A stretch of DNA of 64,000 bases, taken from the NCBI RefSeq assembly GCF_006345805.1, contig NC_043005.1, positions 44,764,001 to 44,828,000 on the forward strand, written 5' to 3'. The DNA is from Octopus sinensis. Taxonomy: Eukaryota. The notes beneath the pieces were generated by a model, which did no database searches, was not told the DNA's origin, and was given only the letters and a program-made list of their open reading frames with translations. Shown here piece after piece: positions 1-14,175 of the stretch; the first letter of the stretch is position 1, and each line of letters opens with the position of its first letter. The position numbers and the translations under genes are program-made.

Positions 1-240
1 AAAAAATTTATCACATAACTGAAAAAGTGTTTTCAAAGACTTTTTAAAAATGATATGGCCATATTAGCAAGGAAGGTTCTGGTTGAACTGATTCAAACAT
101 ACACAAAATTAATCTGACCTTTAAGTTTCATTATTAAGATCTACGAATAATGTACCTTGGCAAGCTATAGGATAAGAATGTTGGTGTACTTACATCAGGG
201 AGATGGAGAGTTGTCTGTCCACATCAATACCAATTTTTTA

Positions 241-455
241 CCTTTCACTTGTTTCAGTCACTAGACTGCGGCCATGCTGGCACACTATCTTGAAGAACTA
301 TTAGCTGAATGAATCAACTCCAGTACTTATTTTCTTGTTACGTCTGGTACTTATTCTATCAGTTGCTTTTACTGAACTGCCAAGTTACAAGGACATAAAC
401 ACACCAACGCTAGTTGTCAAGCAGTGATGAGGGACAAACACAGATACAAAGACAT
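241..455 (-). mobile_element. SINE family A, 3' half
   Basis: Reverse complement of the family-A 3' module (tttgtcccc...gcttgacaac...gtaacttagc...gatagaataagtac...gactgaaacaagtaaaag) seen intact at 24420-24630. Confidence 0.8.
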
Positions 456-589
456 GCACACATGCGCACTCACATGTGCATACATCTGCATGTATCATTG
501 CCCTTGCATGCATGGGTGCATGTGCCTTACATGCATGCATATATTTGCACATGCCCACATGCATACATATACGCATATACTCTGGATCT

Positions 590-950
590 CACTCATAAGG
601 TATTGGAATCTTACATTGTGTATAAACTCTATACTTGGAATGACCCATTTTAAATTCTGTTGGACTTTACTTATAAGGTACTGGAACATTACATATATAC
701 GATTCTGCCTAAAAATTGGATATACAACTTCAATATTCCTACATATCTCACTTCTATTTTCTTTCCTCCACCTCACTCTCTATTTTGTATCCTATCTAAA
801 TTAATTATTACTTAACCATCCTCTCACACCGTCTCCGATGAAGGGATATAATTAATAAATATCCTGGAAACAGCTGTAAGATCTATCTATAAATGTTCTA
901 ATATCTACATAGTTTTGGTTTTTTTTATCTCATTACACAAAAAATTCTTA
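590..950 (+). mobile_element. Penelope-like pseudo-LTR remnant carrying a hammerhead motif
   Basis: Contains CCGATGA-agggatat...atatcctg-GAAA-cagctgta, the layout typical of Penelope-like pLTR hammerheads; element boundaries uncertain. Confidence 0.5.
831..882 (+). ncRNA. Minimal type I hammerhead ribozyme motif (U4C variant, GUA cleavage triplet)
   Basis: Stem I GTCT(831-834)/AGAT(879-882); core CCGATGA(835-841); stem II GGATAT(844-849)/ATATCC(859-864); GAAA(867-870); stem III AC/GT around palindromic AGCT loop (872-875); predicted cut after A878. Confidence 0.6.
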
Positions 951-996
951 TATATATATATATAATTATAATAATAATAATATAATAATAATAATA

Positions 997-1160
997 TGCG
1001 GGAATATTATTCCAAACTTACAGGGAAAAATTCAATTTAGAAATACTAAATCAAATTTCACAAAATATAATATATATATATTTATATATATAATAAAATA
1101 TTAGGGAATAAATCCAAACTTACAGGGAAAAATCAGATTTAGGATTAAATCCAATTTTAT
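997..1160. repeat. Two ~45-nt imperfect direct repeats in an AT-rich block
   Basis: gggaata..tccaaacttacagggaaaaa.tca.atttag at ~998-1040 and ~1104-1142. Confidence 0.7.
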
Positions 1161-1302
1161 AGTAAAATATATTATATTATATTATATTAAATTAGAGATA
1201 AAACCACCATTAGGCAAATCAAACAATGAAAAACATAAGCCAATACATAAAATTAATTAATTTATATTATTTTAAGTATATATCAAAAGTATTAAAAGTT
1301 TA

Positions 1303-1347
<45 letters not shown>

Positions 1348-1476
1348 GAAAAAACACCTTTTATCAATTCAATAATGAAAAAATTAAATTATACTACTTA
1401 GAAAAATTACATTTTATAGAAAGATTAAATATAAATATTTATATTTATTTATAAATTTATATATTTTCTAATTCAT

Positions 1477-1512
<36 letters not shown>

Positions 1513-1513
1513 G

Positions 1514-1551
<38 letters not shown>

Positions 1552-1787
1552 TACATATGATAGACTCTCCTTTTGTTAGATGACATACAAGGGTTTGACA
1601 ATTTCTTACTGAACAACCACACAGATGATTTGTTTATAGTGATCAAATGTTTGTGTAGACATAAGCACTCTCCCTCCATCAAATCGACATTACCTGTACA
1701 GGTGCAATAGGTGCCACATATCAGATGACAAAATGATCGCAGAGCACTGAGCCATATGCCTTCACACACACACACACACATATATAT

Positions 1788-1930
1788 GACAGACTTCTGT
1801 TTAGTTTCCATGTACCAAATCCACTCACAAGGATTTGGTCAGCCCTAGGCTATAGTAGAAGACACTTGCCCAGGGTGCTATACTGTCTGTGTGATTGGGA
1901 AGCAGATTTCTTGTCACACAGCCATGTCTA
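1788..1930 (-). mobile_element. SINE family A, tRNA-derived head fragment
   Basis: ccaaatccactcacaagg...ggctatagtagaagacacttgccc...cacacagccatg matches the reverse complement of the family-A head. Confidence 0.75.
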
Positions 1931-2869
1931 CGCTTATATAAATGGATAAAAATTTGGAGCAATGCTATTTTTGACTGGAAACATACTGCTATAAATTTGT
2001 CAGCATTATTTTTCTGAGTCTCTGATTCTGCATACAGTCTTTGAGCAATCATCTTGTCTACTGAATTTTCAAACATTAACATTTTCCCATCCACACAATG
2101 GTTGTATAGAATGCTCCAATTTTATACAGTTTAGCTATTGTTGTATTCGGCAAACTGTTTTAAATAGTTAAATCAATAGAGTATCAGCAAAGTTGTTTCC
2201 ATCCATTTTTACACTGGTCTGTCTGACTAGCTGAATTATCCTTGCAAAAATCCTATAGTTTTGCAATATCGATTGAATGTTATTTTCTTCTATGTGAATT
2301 ATTGGTTAATATAAAGTAACACAATGTCTTTAGCTTGCTTGACATAGAGGATTGGTGACAGTTAAAAACTTTGAGTCCAATACCATCTGCCTTTATATAA
2401 AAAAGCTATTAGGCTGCATACACTGTGATTAGGGTGTTCTAATGTAAGTAGTAGAAACAATGAATTATGCATTCAATGAATTCCCTGCTGTATTCTTGGT
2501 CCTATTTAGAATCCATTGAGATGGTTAATGAATTCTGTCTGACATACAAAGATAAATTTTTAATCATTGGTAAAAGCAAATACACTATTCTTGAGTTTCT
2601 GTCTTGTCAGAATACATAAAATGGACATTTTGCTTGATACTAAATACATTGATACTAATAAGGTTGATACACCATCTCGCATCTATTACTGCCTGTTATT
2701 TTATCTGTTTAGACATTCACATATCTTTTACACATGTTTTTTCATGTGAAAACAACAAAAGGTTCTCTTCATACTGCTCATCATTGATCTAATATGGTTA
2801 TGTAGATTCTTTTTTTTTTTGCTTTGTTTGGTTTGGTTTTGTCTTTTTTTTTTCTGTATCTTGTGTAAT

Positions 2870-3125
2870 TTATAATTCTTCCTTTTTTCTTCTTATTTCT
2901 TTCAGTTCTTCTTCCTATTTCCTTTCTTCCTTTCTTTTCTCCTTTCCATATTTATAGATCATTGATTGCTCTTGTCATCATCATTGCTGCAGCAACCACA
3001 CTATCAACATTGTCCCCCTCTCCCTCCTTCTCCTCCTCCCTCTTCTTCTTCTTCTTCTTTCTTCTTCTTCTTCTTTTTCTTCTTCTTCTTCTTCTTCTTC
3101 TTCTTCTTCTTCTTCTTCTTCTCCC
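2870..3125. repeat. Polypyrimidine tract ending in (TTC)n
   Basis: Almost purine-free on + strand in two blocks, with a (TTC)n run at ~3042-3122. Confidence 0.9.
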
Positions 3126-3437
3126 TCCAGTCAATATTTCATGCCATGGCAGATTCTGTAATGCAGTATACCTCCACTCACATCTCTATTCTGCATCACC
3201 TGTGTCCTATAAGATCAAACGTTCATAGATTTATCCTCTTTATCTCCCCATGGTTTCTTTACTTCAAACCATAGGTACACCAAATACTAGCTCATCATAG
3301 ATTTTCACCCAGTAGTCACCAAAGTTGCACATTACAGGTCAAAACCAGTGCATGTTAAATCAAAATTAATTGAGAATTTTTTTCTGCATATGACATTCAG
3401 TACATCATCTTTTCTTTTACCATTTCAAATTTTCAAA

Positions 3438-3685
3438 TTTACTCATTTCAGTCATTAGAATACGGCCATGCTGGGGCACCACCTTGAAGAATTTTTAGTT
3501 GAATGAATTGAGCCAGTACTTTTCTTTTAAGCCTGGTACTTATATTATCAGTCTCTTTTGCTGAATTGCTAAGTTATGGGGACATAAACACACCAACACT
3601 GCTTGTCAGGCATTGGTGGGGGACAAACACAGACACAAAGATGCACATGCACACACACACAAACACACAAACACATACACACACA

Positions 3686-3725
<40 letters not shown>

Positions 3726-3886
3726 GATGAGCTTCTTTCCATTTCTATCTACCAAATCCACTCACAGGGCTTTGGTTGGCCTATGACTATATATAATAGA
3801 AGATACCTGTCCAAGGTGCCATGCAGTGGGATTGAACCCAGAACCATATGGTTGGGATGCAAGCTTCTTACCACACCACCACGCCT
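3438..3886 (-). mobile_element. SINE family A, full-length, internal (CA)n
   Basis: Head, (CA)n linker and 3' module all present in order. Confidence 0.85.
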
Positions 3887-4274
3887 ATAATTATCTCTCA
3901 CATACATTAACTAATACCTCTCAATACCTAATACTTTCTCAACATGTTTCTCACTAGCAGTTGGTCCTGCAGAGAGCAGTGTTCAAGGATGCATGGAGAC
4001 AACAGAATACAGTACCTATCAACATTGTGGAAATGGAAACACCTGCATCTGTCCAAGAAACCCACTGATTCACACTGTACATCTCAACTGGGCAAGGGAA
4101 GGGTAGCAAGTGTTTATTCCTTTATTCTGGATTGCCATAGTGTTGTCAGCTTATTGGACAATAACATTAGTGATGTTCGACAAGAAGCTAACAAGACCAA
4201 CCTCGACAGATTGCGAGCTGACTGAATGACTATGAAATGATTTTGTAATTTCACGTATCTTTTATCTTTTATTT

Positions 4275-4491
4275 TTTACTTGTTTCAATCATTAGACTGT
4301 GACCACGCTGGGGCACTGCCTTGAAGGGATTTAGTTGAACAAATCAACCCAAAGACTTATTTTTATTTTATCAGTCTATTTTGCTGAACTGCTAAGTTAT
4401 GAGGACATAAGCACACCAACACCGGTTGTCAAGCAATGGTTGGGGACAAACACACACACACATACACACACACACACACACACCACACACA

Positions 4492-4533
<42 letters not shown>

Positions 4534-4705
4534 ACACACACACACATGCATGCATGAAGGACATCTTTTAGTTTCCAGCTACCAAATTCACTCACAAAGC
4601 TTTGGTCAGCTATAGCACAAGACACTGATCCAAGGTGCCATGCAGTGGGATTGAACCCAGAACCATGTGGTTGGGAAGCAAGCTTCTTACCATACAACCA
4701 TGCCT
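4275..4705 (-). mobile_element. SINE family A, full-length, internal (CA)n
   Basis: Same tripartite layout as 3438-3886. Confidence 0.85.
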
Positions 4706-4917
4706 GCACATATGCACATTTTTGGGTGCAATTTATATTATACATTCAATACACCATAGTCAGTTCATCTCTCCTGGTCCACATCTATTTTCCCTACATG
4801 CATGTAATATAGCCTGAAGCTTTGTTCAGCTCTTCTGTCTTCCCTCTATGAGGAGCAGTGAACTCACTTTTGCAAACAAGAACAATTCTCTAAACATTTT
4901 CTATCCATTTTTTTCCC

Positions 4918-5215
4918 CACTACAACCAAAGCCTTGTGAGTGGATTTGGTAGACAGAAATGGAAAGAAGCACATCACGTGTGTGCATGTGTGTGTGTGTG
5001 TGTTTGTCTCTGTGTTTGTCCCCTGCTGCTGCTTGACAACCAGTGTTGGTGTGTTTACATCCCTGTAACTTAGTGGTTTGGCAAAAGAAACTGATAGAAT
5101 AAATACCAGGCTTAAGAGAAAAATAAGTACTGGGGTTGATTTGTTCTGCTAAAAACCCCTTAAGGTGGTGCCCCAGCATGACCACAGTCTAATGACTGTA
5201 ACAAGTAAAAGGCAA
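4918..5215 (+). mobile_element. SINE family A, 5'-truncated
   Basis: caaagccttgtgagtggatttggtagacagaaat...(TG)n...tgtttgtccc...gactgtaacaagtaaaag. Confidence 0.8.
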
Positions 5216-5454
5216 AAAAGTAAAGGTACTTTCACATCAATCACCAACCTTGCTGCCAACACTAAATATTAAGGAAGCAAAGGTGGGCCTCAACACAGTC
5301 ATTCAACCTGCTAGAATGAGTTTTCTTCAAATTATGCTATGAGGTCGATGAGATGAGTACTACTTCATTGTTGGGATGCAATAGAGGTAAGATACAAAAA
5401 TATATAATTTTCTCTTAAACCCTGAAAGACCCTAAGTTTTGTGGCTTTATTTTT

Positions 5455-5669
5455 TGTCGTTCACTTGTTTCAGTTATCAGACTGTGGCCATGTTGGTGCA
5501 CTGCCTTGAAGAACTTTTAGTCAAATAGAGTGACCCTAGTACTTTTTCATTTTTTAAGGCTATTATTTATTCTATTGCTCTCTTTTTGCCAAACTGCTAA
5601 GTTACGGAAATGTAAACAAATGAACATCAGTTGTGAATCAGTGGTGGGGGACAAACACAGAGACAAAGA

Positions 5670-5710
<41 letters not shown>

Positions 5711-5875
5711 GCATATTGGGCTTCTTTCAGTTTCCATCAACCAAATCCACTCACAAGGCTTTGGTTGGTCTAGGTTATAGTAGAAAACACTTGACCAAGG
5801 TGCCATGCAGTGGGACTGAACCTGGTACCATGTAGTTAGGAAGCAAGCTTTTTACCACACAACCGTGTCTGTGCA
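5455..5875 (-). mobile_element. SINE family A, full-length
   Basis: Head, (CA)n linker, 3' module. Confidence 0.85.
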
Positions 5876-7257
5876 TATGGAGTTTTAACTCCAATTTTTT
5901 TTAACACTATTGATAATAATGTACTTAAGACCACCTTTGGTTCCACGATAGAAACCTCATTTTTAAAATGATTTCAATATAAACTTTCTCTCAAAATTTT
6001 TTGTGTACCAGTCACCAGCTTAATAATGACAAAATTATTTGACTGAATAATTTGTTATTTTCAAAGTTAATAGACACAAAGGCAGCATATTTCAACAGAA
6101 ATATGGCACAAAAGAATTACATAGAGAACAGATATGGCATAAACTGAACATTAAAAACATACTAGTTACTGCTGTTTGCTTCCAGGAGTTCTATGGTGTG
6201 ATAAAAAAAAAATTTTCATCTTTCTTAACTCCAACTTGAGACATTCTACAATTATGATGGCTGCCAAAATAAACATGAACAAACTTTATCTCTTCAAATG
6301 TGGAGATAGTCTCTAGCTCTTCTGTTGTCACTTCCCTTGTTTTTGTCTCTCCTTTTCAAGTTTGCATTCTGTCTCTTTCTATCCCATTATGTGTCTTCCT
6401 GATCTAAAGATCACTTCATATGATAGTAAGCTAACAACAATAAATAAATAAATCTGTATAATAATCTGGTTGTTCACTTGCCCGTTATACTTTAGTTATT
6501 TAGAGAGGTAGAGATAGAGTGAGAGAAAGGTGGAGTAAAAGTGAGAGAGAGAGGAAGGGGGAAATGCAAGTAGAGAAGAAAGAAGTGAGGAGTATAATAG
6601 TACACTAAGGCCAAGTGCATCATATAGTTAGTAGAAGGGAGAGGTAAAGAACAAGAGAAAAGGATGGTGAGAAAAAAGTGGGAGAGAGCAGTGTTAACGA
6701 CGTACTGTAGGGTCAGGAGGGAAAGGTAAAGAAAAAGAGAGAAATGTTAAAGACATGAAAAAGGGAATTACATGGTTAAAATGTTTGTTGAAGAGTTAGA
6801 GAGAAAGAGAGAAATATAAAGTGCTTAGCAGGGGGATATTTCAAAATCATGTAATATACTAATGTGATTAGAAGTGAAATAACTTAGCAAAATACAAATA
6901 AAAATCATCCTTTATTTCTTAAATGGCTTCTCTGAATCTTTTTTGTTCTGTGGAATTTCCATAGGTCCCACTAGTATATAAATAAAAGACAGAAACACCT
7001 ATTTTTATGTATAACCATGTAAGGCTGAAAACCACAGCTTAACCCCCCCATTTCATATCAAACTACTAATTCACCAAGACCAATATTACTGCCCAAAATT
7101 CCAGACTAACCACCCCACCTCCAGCTCACGCTATTTTACTGTCACTTGTTCACCTAGGTGGGCAATGCTCCCTCTGCAACCCTTGTATAATTATGATGTC
7201 GGGTTTCTCCTCTTCTCATCTATTAAAAACTTCCTACTCCAATGAGCTGACAAGTCT

Positions 7258-7560
7258 AAAGACCCCCTGCAGTCATGAATGACCATGGGATTGCACATAG
7301 AAAGTTACGTTCTAAGGCACAAGTCAGGGCAAGATTATTTGTGGAAGGCCAGCAGTCACCCATGCATACCAGCCTCCTCTCTCCACACCGTTGATGTTAT
7401 CCAAGGGAAAGGCAAAGGCCAATGAAGCTTGGTAGCAGTGATGTTGCAACTCATTTCTACAGCTGAGTTAACTGGAGCAACATGAAATTAGTTGTATGTT
7501 GTATGTTGTGTTCAAGAACACAACATACAACCCAGTCCAGGAATTGAACTCAAGACTACA
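7258..7560 (-). mobile_element. SINE family B
   Basis: Reverse complement of the 44632-44967 element (ctcagctgtagaaatgagttg...ttgcctttcccttggataac...caatcccatggtcattcatgac). Confidence 0.75.
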
Positions 7561-8220
7561 GAAGCACTAAATATGATAGAAACTATCATTTGTTACTCTT
7601 GCAGTATTATTACTCTTGCTGACCTCCATTTCCTCACCTAAAAATCACTCAGAGTAGCACACATTATTTAACACTCGGAGCTTTCTCCCCCAGAACCATC
7701 TGACAGTCTATTTGGTAGCTGTGAAACTACAGGGAAATTCTTTACTGCAACCTTCAAAAGACATATCTCCTTCTCCAAAGCTCACTCCAACCAATTCCAC
7801 AGTCCCCTCTCTTTGGCTGCATGCTCATGGCACATTGTGTTCCCTTCCCAACAAAACTTTATCTAACTTCATTGACCATGATATTAACTGATATTAATAA
7901 ATTTTTTCAATAACAAAGTGAAATGCAAAAAAAAAAAATACCAAAAAAAAAAAGAAAAAAGCTATCTTCTCTTCCTATTTAATTGAATTTCCCTGCCTAG
8001 CCACATTTGAGTTTTACTTTTGTTCTTTTGTTTTTTTTAATCTGTTGGTTCTTCTCAGAGAATCAATATAGCAATAGTACAGGAACTATTTGTTTATCAA
8101 AGATTATATATTATAGTTATACTTTTATACAACAGCAGAATCCTAAATACAGCAAACACAACACACACACACTCAAAAACACACACTCACATATCCCAAT
8201 TAATTAGGAAGAGAATTAGT

Positions 8221-8460
8221 TTAACTTTTTAGCATTGAGATTATTCTGTCAAATGTAAAGCTTATTTTTTTCATTTCAATTTGAATTAATCATGCATTAT
8301 CTCATTGCCTCAGGATTTTTATGATGTGATTGTTTATTTTTAGGGTATCTTTAACAGACATTATAGGGTAGGTGTAACAGGCCAGACCTAGCTATTTTGA
8401 GCATAAAAACAGGTAGACAGTTTTGGTTGGATATGGCTAGTTTAAATGCAAAAGGATTAA
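8221..8460. mobile_element. TTAA-bounded non-autonomous DNA element (piggyBac-like MITE)
   Basis: Ends ttaactttttagcatt... and ...aaatgcaaaaggattaa are imperfect inverted repeats with TTAA at both ends; related copies at 41196-41412 and 41867-42082. Confidence 0.55.
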
Positions 8461-8479
8461 ATGAAATGCAATCTGGTTT

Positions 8480-8640
8480 TTGCTAGGGACAAATATTACT
8501 GATGCCACTTTCTTGTAAGACAACTGCAGAGAAGTATCAAGTTGAAAGTAAGTCATTGTACTTGACATCTGTTATCCTGAAGAAAGCTTTTGACAGGGTC
8601 CTTTGCTCTGTGAATGGGTGATCTCAGAGGGAGCTAGGAA
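8480..8640 (+). pseudogene. Reverse-transcriptase fragment of an RTE-type LINE
   Basis: With frameshifts reads TNITDATFLVRQLQ / EKYQVESKSLYLTSVILKKAFDRV, matching the LINE RT segment TTDAIFxxRQLQEK...FVDLEKAFDRV. Confidence 0.65.
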
Positions 8641-9194
8641 TCAGATTCATGATTTAGCAACTGTGAATGCAATACCCTAACCACTAATCCATGCCCCTTC
8701 ATAATTTTTGAAAACAACACACCCATCCTATTGATAATACCTATAGTACTGTTCCTTAAATGGACCTGCTCTCTTTTCTCACAAGTTAAAGCTTGCTGTC
8801 TTGTTATGCTGATCTCATTGTGGCCATTCTTGCAAGATGATGGATTTTGCTCAATGTTAATACTCAAGAATAAAAAGAGTCTTTACTCTTGTGAGTTACA
8901 AGACAACCTTACTAGTGCTGGTGTCATGAAAAAAAAGCACCCATCCCACACTATAAAGTGGTTGGCTTTAGAAAGGCCATTTAGCCATTGAAACTGTGCC
9001 TAAAGTGAAGACATGGTTTTTTGATTTAGTGGATCCTGTGGAACCGTTCAATCCATTCCAGCATGGAAGGCAGACATAAAATGATGATAATAATGATAGT
9101 GGTGGTGGTTGTGGTGGTGGTATGATGATGATGATGATAAATAATGTGGAAAATACGAAACACAGAGATAGTTTTAAAAGTGTAGACATTGCTT

Positions 9195-9560
9195 CCTAAC
9201 CATATGGTTCCAGGTTCAATCCCATTGCCTGGAACCCTGGATAAGTGTCTTCTGCTATAGCTTCAGGCTGACTAAAGCCTTGTAAGTGGATTTGGCAGAT
9301 AAAAACTGAAAGAAGCTCATGGCATATACAACTATATCTCCATGTGTTTGTGTGACTCTGTGTCTGTGGTTGTCCTCCACCACCACTTGACATTTGGTTT
9401 TGGTGTGTTTACATCTCTGTAACTTAACAGTTTGGCAAAAGAGACCAATAGAATAAAAAACACCAGGCTTTAAAAAAAAAAAAGGACCGGTGTTGATTTG
9501 ATCAACTAAAAATTCTTCAAACATGACCAGAGTCTAATGACTAAAAAAATAAAAGACAGA
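9195..9560 (+). mobile_element. SINE family A, near full-length
   Basis: aaccatatggttccaggttcaatcccattgc head to 3' gtctaatgactaaaa. Confidence 0.8.
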
Positions 9561-10684
9561 AAAAGATTTAAGATAGATTTCTGATCAATAAAAGGGCCAT
9601 TGCCAATAAACAGCCCCTCGGACTAGTTGTGTTGTATAGGCAGTAGAACTCTAGGTTTAATACTTGTCAGTGTTTAGTTTATATTTTGAGTTCAAATCCC
9701 AGAGCAGTTGACTTTATTGTTCATGTCACTGGAAAACTAGTAAAAGTAGTATGTTTAGTAGAACAGATAAACTATTCCTTTGAAAATGAATCCTCTCACA
9801 GAAATACCAATTCTGCATTGCTCCATGTTGGTTATAGTGTTGGCCACATTCAAAGCATACCAAAATGGAAATAATCTTATCAGAAATAGACTCAAATATA
9901 TATATTCTTATCTCCCAATATTTCAGAATTTCCAGAACAAAACGATAGTCTTAACGAATAACAAAATAATATTTACAACAAGTTCAGCAGTTCTTCTCAT
10001 CTTTTGAAGATTGGTTCCCTTCCATAGGTTATATTTTGAATTAGACTCCTACAAATACACTAATATCACTATTTATTACCAGTTATACTTTTCGTTTCGT
10101 AATTGTTCCCCTTCAGTGCCTTTAACTTTGGAGATATTTTACTATGAAATTTTACAAGCTTCATGTCAATTTTTTTCATCTGTTCAGTTAAAAGAAGGCA
10201 AATATATAATCTATGTGAACTGCATGGAAGTATATAAATTTCTTCATGTTACAGAGAGCTTTACTTCTTTTATTGTATCATTGTATCAGTTTAGATATTT
10301 TTCTCTGACTCATCACTTCATATTGGTTTTTATTCCTCATAAAATAAAAACAGAAAAATAGTAACAATATTGATGACAGAAACGGTAATAACATCAACAA
10401 ATATATCAGTAAAAATAAATAAATAGTTTGATAAATATATAGAAGAGTAATATAAATCTGACTACATGCTATAAACATAACATATTGAAGAAGATCAGAG
10501 AGAATTTATATGACAAAATGACAAGCCTAGTCACAATGGCAGCATGCATGTGCAAAGCTATCTCTTCATATTCCATGAGTTGTTGCTGTTTATTCTATCA
10601 ACAAGGATTACACCAATTTATAACTTGGTAGATTTCTTACTTATTCTGTTATATTTATTGATATACCAAACTTCACATATACAC

Positions 10685-10715
<31 letters not shown>

Positions 10716-11756
10716 TATCAGCCAGTTTTCATCTCTGAAATTTATTGTCACACAAACTAGAATTAAAAAAAAGTTTCTATATTAGAAATTTTTTTTGTTT
10801 CGTTTTATTTTTCAATTTTTTTCTTTCCTCCTAAAATTGCTTTGAGGGTATTTACAGTCGCGTGTGTTCTGCTATGTTACTGAATACTAATATTCCTAGA
10901 TATTCTTTCAAGAAATATTTTGACAATTGTATGTTAGACTATGTTATGGTTTGCATGTCTCTTTATGACTGCAAACCTACCAGACTATGTCTGGGACAGG
11001 GTTTCACTTTATTCTTTTCATTATTAATTTATTTTGTTTATTATTTATGTCTTGTTCTTGTTGAGGGTTTTACATTTATTTATTCTTTATTTATTCTTTA
11101 TTTATTTATTTATTTAATTTTAGCTTCTTTTTTTTTCTGTTTCATAAAGAATAATAAAACAATTGATATTCCTTATGGTTTATATTCAGAATTTATTTGC
11201 TGCTGTCACAATCATAGATATATAGTTTTATATTTATGGTATTTGAAATATTAAAAACAAAGGAAAAAAATAATGATAAAGAAATTAAACAGACAATATA
11301 GGTATTTCCATGGTGAAAGCACCAGCATGGTATTTGAGATTAACAAGGTATACAACTATGTGCACTACTTATGAACTTATATTTAAATCACTTTTGTTTA
11401 CCCTCTCCCCTGATGTGTGACTAACTTCCTCGCCAAAAATGCTATCACTCTATAAGGCCCTATACACCTGTACTTTCTAAAATGATCTACAAAAAGCTGT
11501 AATTCTGTGAATCTAATTTTAAATAACACCCATCCTCTGTTGCCTTGTACAACAGTGATATTTCCTTTATAACTAAATTCTCGATTATTTCAGATATTCT
11601 CACTTGTATCTATGTTACCTCCCCTTACGTCCACTACTTCAACTTCCATCTCTTCACATTATTTATATTGATCTACTTCACCTTACTTATTCAAGCCAAT
11701 GACACTCAGATTCATGAAGCATTCCATCTTTCTTTAAGGCAATAAAATTGATCGTT

Positions 11757-11930
11757 AAAGGCATGGCCTAGATGTGTGCTTAAGAAGTTTGTTTCACAAC
11801 CACATGGTTCTGAATTCAGTCCCATTGCATAGCACCTTGGGCAAGTGTCTTCTATAGCCCTGGGCCGACTGAATTCTTGTGAATGGATTTGGTAGACAAA
11901 AACCAAAACAAGCATGTACATATACACACA
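11757..11930 (+). mobile_element. SINE family A head
   Basis: ggcatggcctagatgtg...accacatggttctgaattcagtcccattgc...gaatggatttggtagac. Confidence 0.75.
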
Positions 11931-11957
11931 CACACATGCATCATACATACATAGATA

Positions 11958-12018
<61 letters not shown>

Positions 12019-12029
12019 TATATATTCTC

Positions 12030-12422
12030 TTGCCTATTTTGGTAATTCAAAAACAGCCATGCTGGAACACTACCTTAATGGGTTTTAGTCGAAGAAATCA
12101 ACTCCAGACCTTATCCATTGTAAGCCTAGTACTTACTCTACCGGGTTTTTTTTTTGCCGAACTGCTAAGTAATGGGGACATAAGTACACTATTATTGATT
12201 GTAAAGCTATGGAGGGAGAACAAACATGCACACATAAACACACACACACAGACACACACATATGACAAGCTTCTTTCGGTTTCCGTCTTCTGAATCCACT
12301 CACAAGGCTTTGGCCGGCCTGAGGCTATAGCAGAAGATGCTTACCCAAGGTGCCATGCAATGGGAGTGAACCCAGAACCATGTGGTTGAGAAGCAAACTT
12401 CTTACCACACACCCACGCCTGT
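12030..12422 (-). mobile_element. SINE family A, full-length
   Basis: 3' module, (CA)n, head ending ...cttaccacacacccacgcct. Confidence 0.8.
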
Positions 12423-12436
12423 GTCTATACATACAC

Positions 12437-12509
<73 letters not shown>

Positions 12510-12539
12510 CATTTATATACATATACACATATATACATG

Positions 12540-12609
<70 letters not shown>

Positions 12610-13372
12610 GGTGGTGAGTTATGCCACAAAACCTCCCAAAACTAGACACTGATATCTAAGTGCTATTTAAGTCTAATAAGATTACCTATGAAAAAAGGCC
12701 AACCAATATGAATGTAAGTGATCCACATGAACTATGAATTCACAAGCATTTTCTGTTTTACAAGAATGAATGACAATCAGAATAATGAGATTAAGATATA
12801 TAAAATTAACAATCAAGTATAGCAAATGTTTATTCCCATCATCAGCTGCCAAACAGATATCACTCTGGTTTTTACTGCTGTGACGTGTCAGTCAACCTGG
12901 CTGTATCAACAGCATTAAAAATGAAAATACTATATACATAGGCACAGGTGTAACTGTATTGTAAGAAGCATGCTTCTCAACCACATAGCTCTGGGTTCAG
13001 TCCCACTGCATGACACTTTGGGCAAGTGTCTCCTGCTATAGCCTCGGGCTGACCAAAGCCTTGTGAGTGAATTTGGTAGACAGAAACTAAGTCTGTCATG
13101 TATATATACACATATTTATTTATTTATGTGTATATTTATGTGTGTGTGTTTTTGTGTCTGTGTTTGTCCCCACCACCATTGACAACCGATGTTGGTGTGT
13201 TTACGTCCCCTGTTACTTAGTGGTTTGGTAAAAGAGACTGATAGAATAAGTATTAGGCTTACAATGAATAAGTTCTGGGGTCAATTTCTTTCACTAAAAT
13301 CTGTTAATGCAGTGCTCCACCATGGTTGCAGTCAAATGACTGAAACAAGTAAAAGAAAAAAAAGAATAAAAG

Positions 13373-13420
<48 letters not shown>

Positions 13421-14139
13421 GAACAATGTCAGGATGTGTGAGTAGTGATAATAGATTTATTTTTCCATATGACTTCTGTATTATTACAGCCATTTCATAA
13501 CCTTCTTAATATTACACTATTATTTTCAGTATGTAAAATTATATATGAGTTCAACTTTATACAATAAAATCGTATATTCATAAATCAATGCAAATTAAGA
13601 AAGCTAACTCAATAGATCACCAAAACATTGGTCTGGTGATCTAACAAATTCACTTTCTTTATTTTCACACAAATACACAGATGCATGTATAGACACACAA
13701 ACACACATACACTCACAAACACACATCCACACATACAGAATACCTTTTGTTATTAGTACTGCTTCCATCGCTAATAATTAATTTTTAATAACCCTCCTAG
13801 CTATTTGTGACATCAATTTCAAAAGCGATGGTAATATTCTATATTTCACAGCAGTGAGATTTGACTGCTATGGGATGACCAGATGCTCTCCACTGATGTG
13901 GTCCAGTAGACTGAAATCATGTGATATTGGAATTCCAGCACCCTAGACTGATGATTCTCATTTGACAAGCTTCTTTCGGTTTCCGTCTTCTGAATCCACT
14001 CACAAGGCTTTGGCCGGCCTGAGGCTATAGCAGAAGATGCTTACCCAAGGTGCCATGCAATGGGAGTGAACCCAGAACCATGTGGTTGAGAAGCAAACTT
14101 TTTACCACACAGCCACGCCTGTGTCTATACATACATACA

Positions 14140-14175
<36 letters not shown>

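Noticed and set aside
1940-2400. Minus-strand ADGIGLKVFKL and ORF 1825-2094
   Set aside because: Possibly a very old CR1/L2 RT remnant, but downstream motifs could not be traced; too weak to call.
9927-9961. + strand acceptor followed by EFPEQNDSLNE* and a U-rich downstream region
   Set aside because: Could be a terminal exon, but no upstream partner exon or recognisable protein was found.
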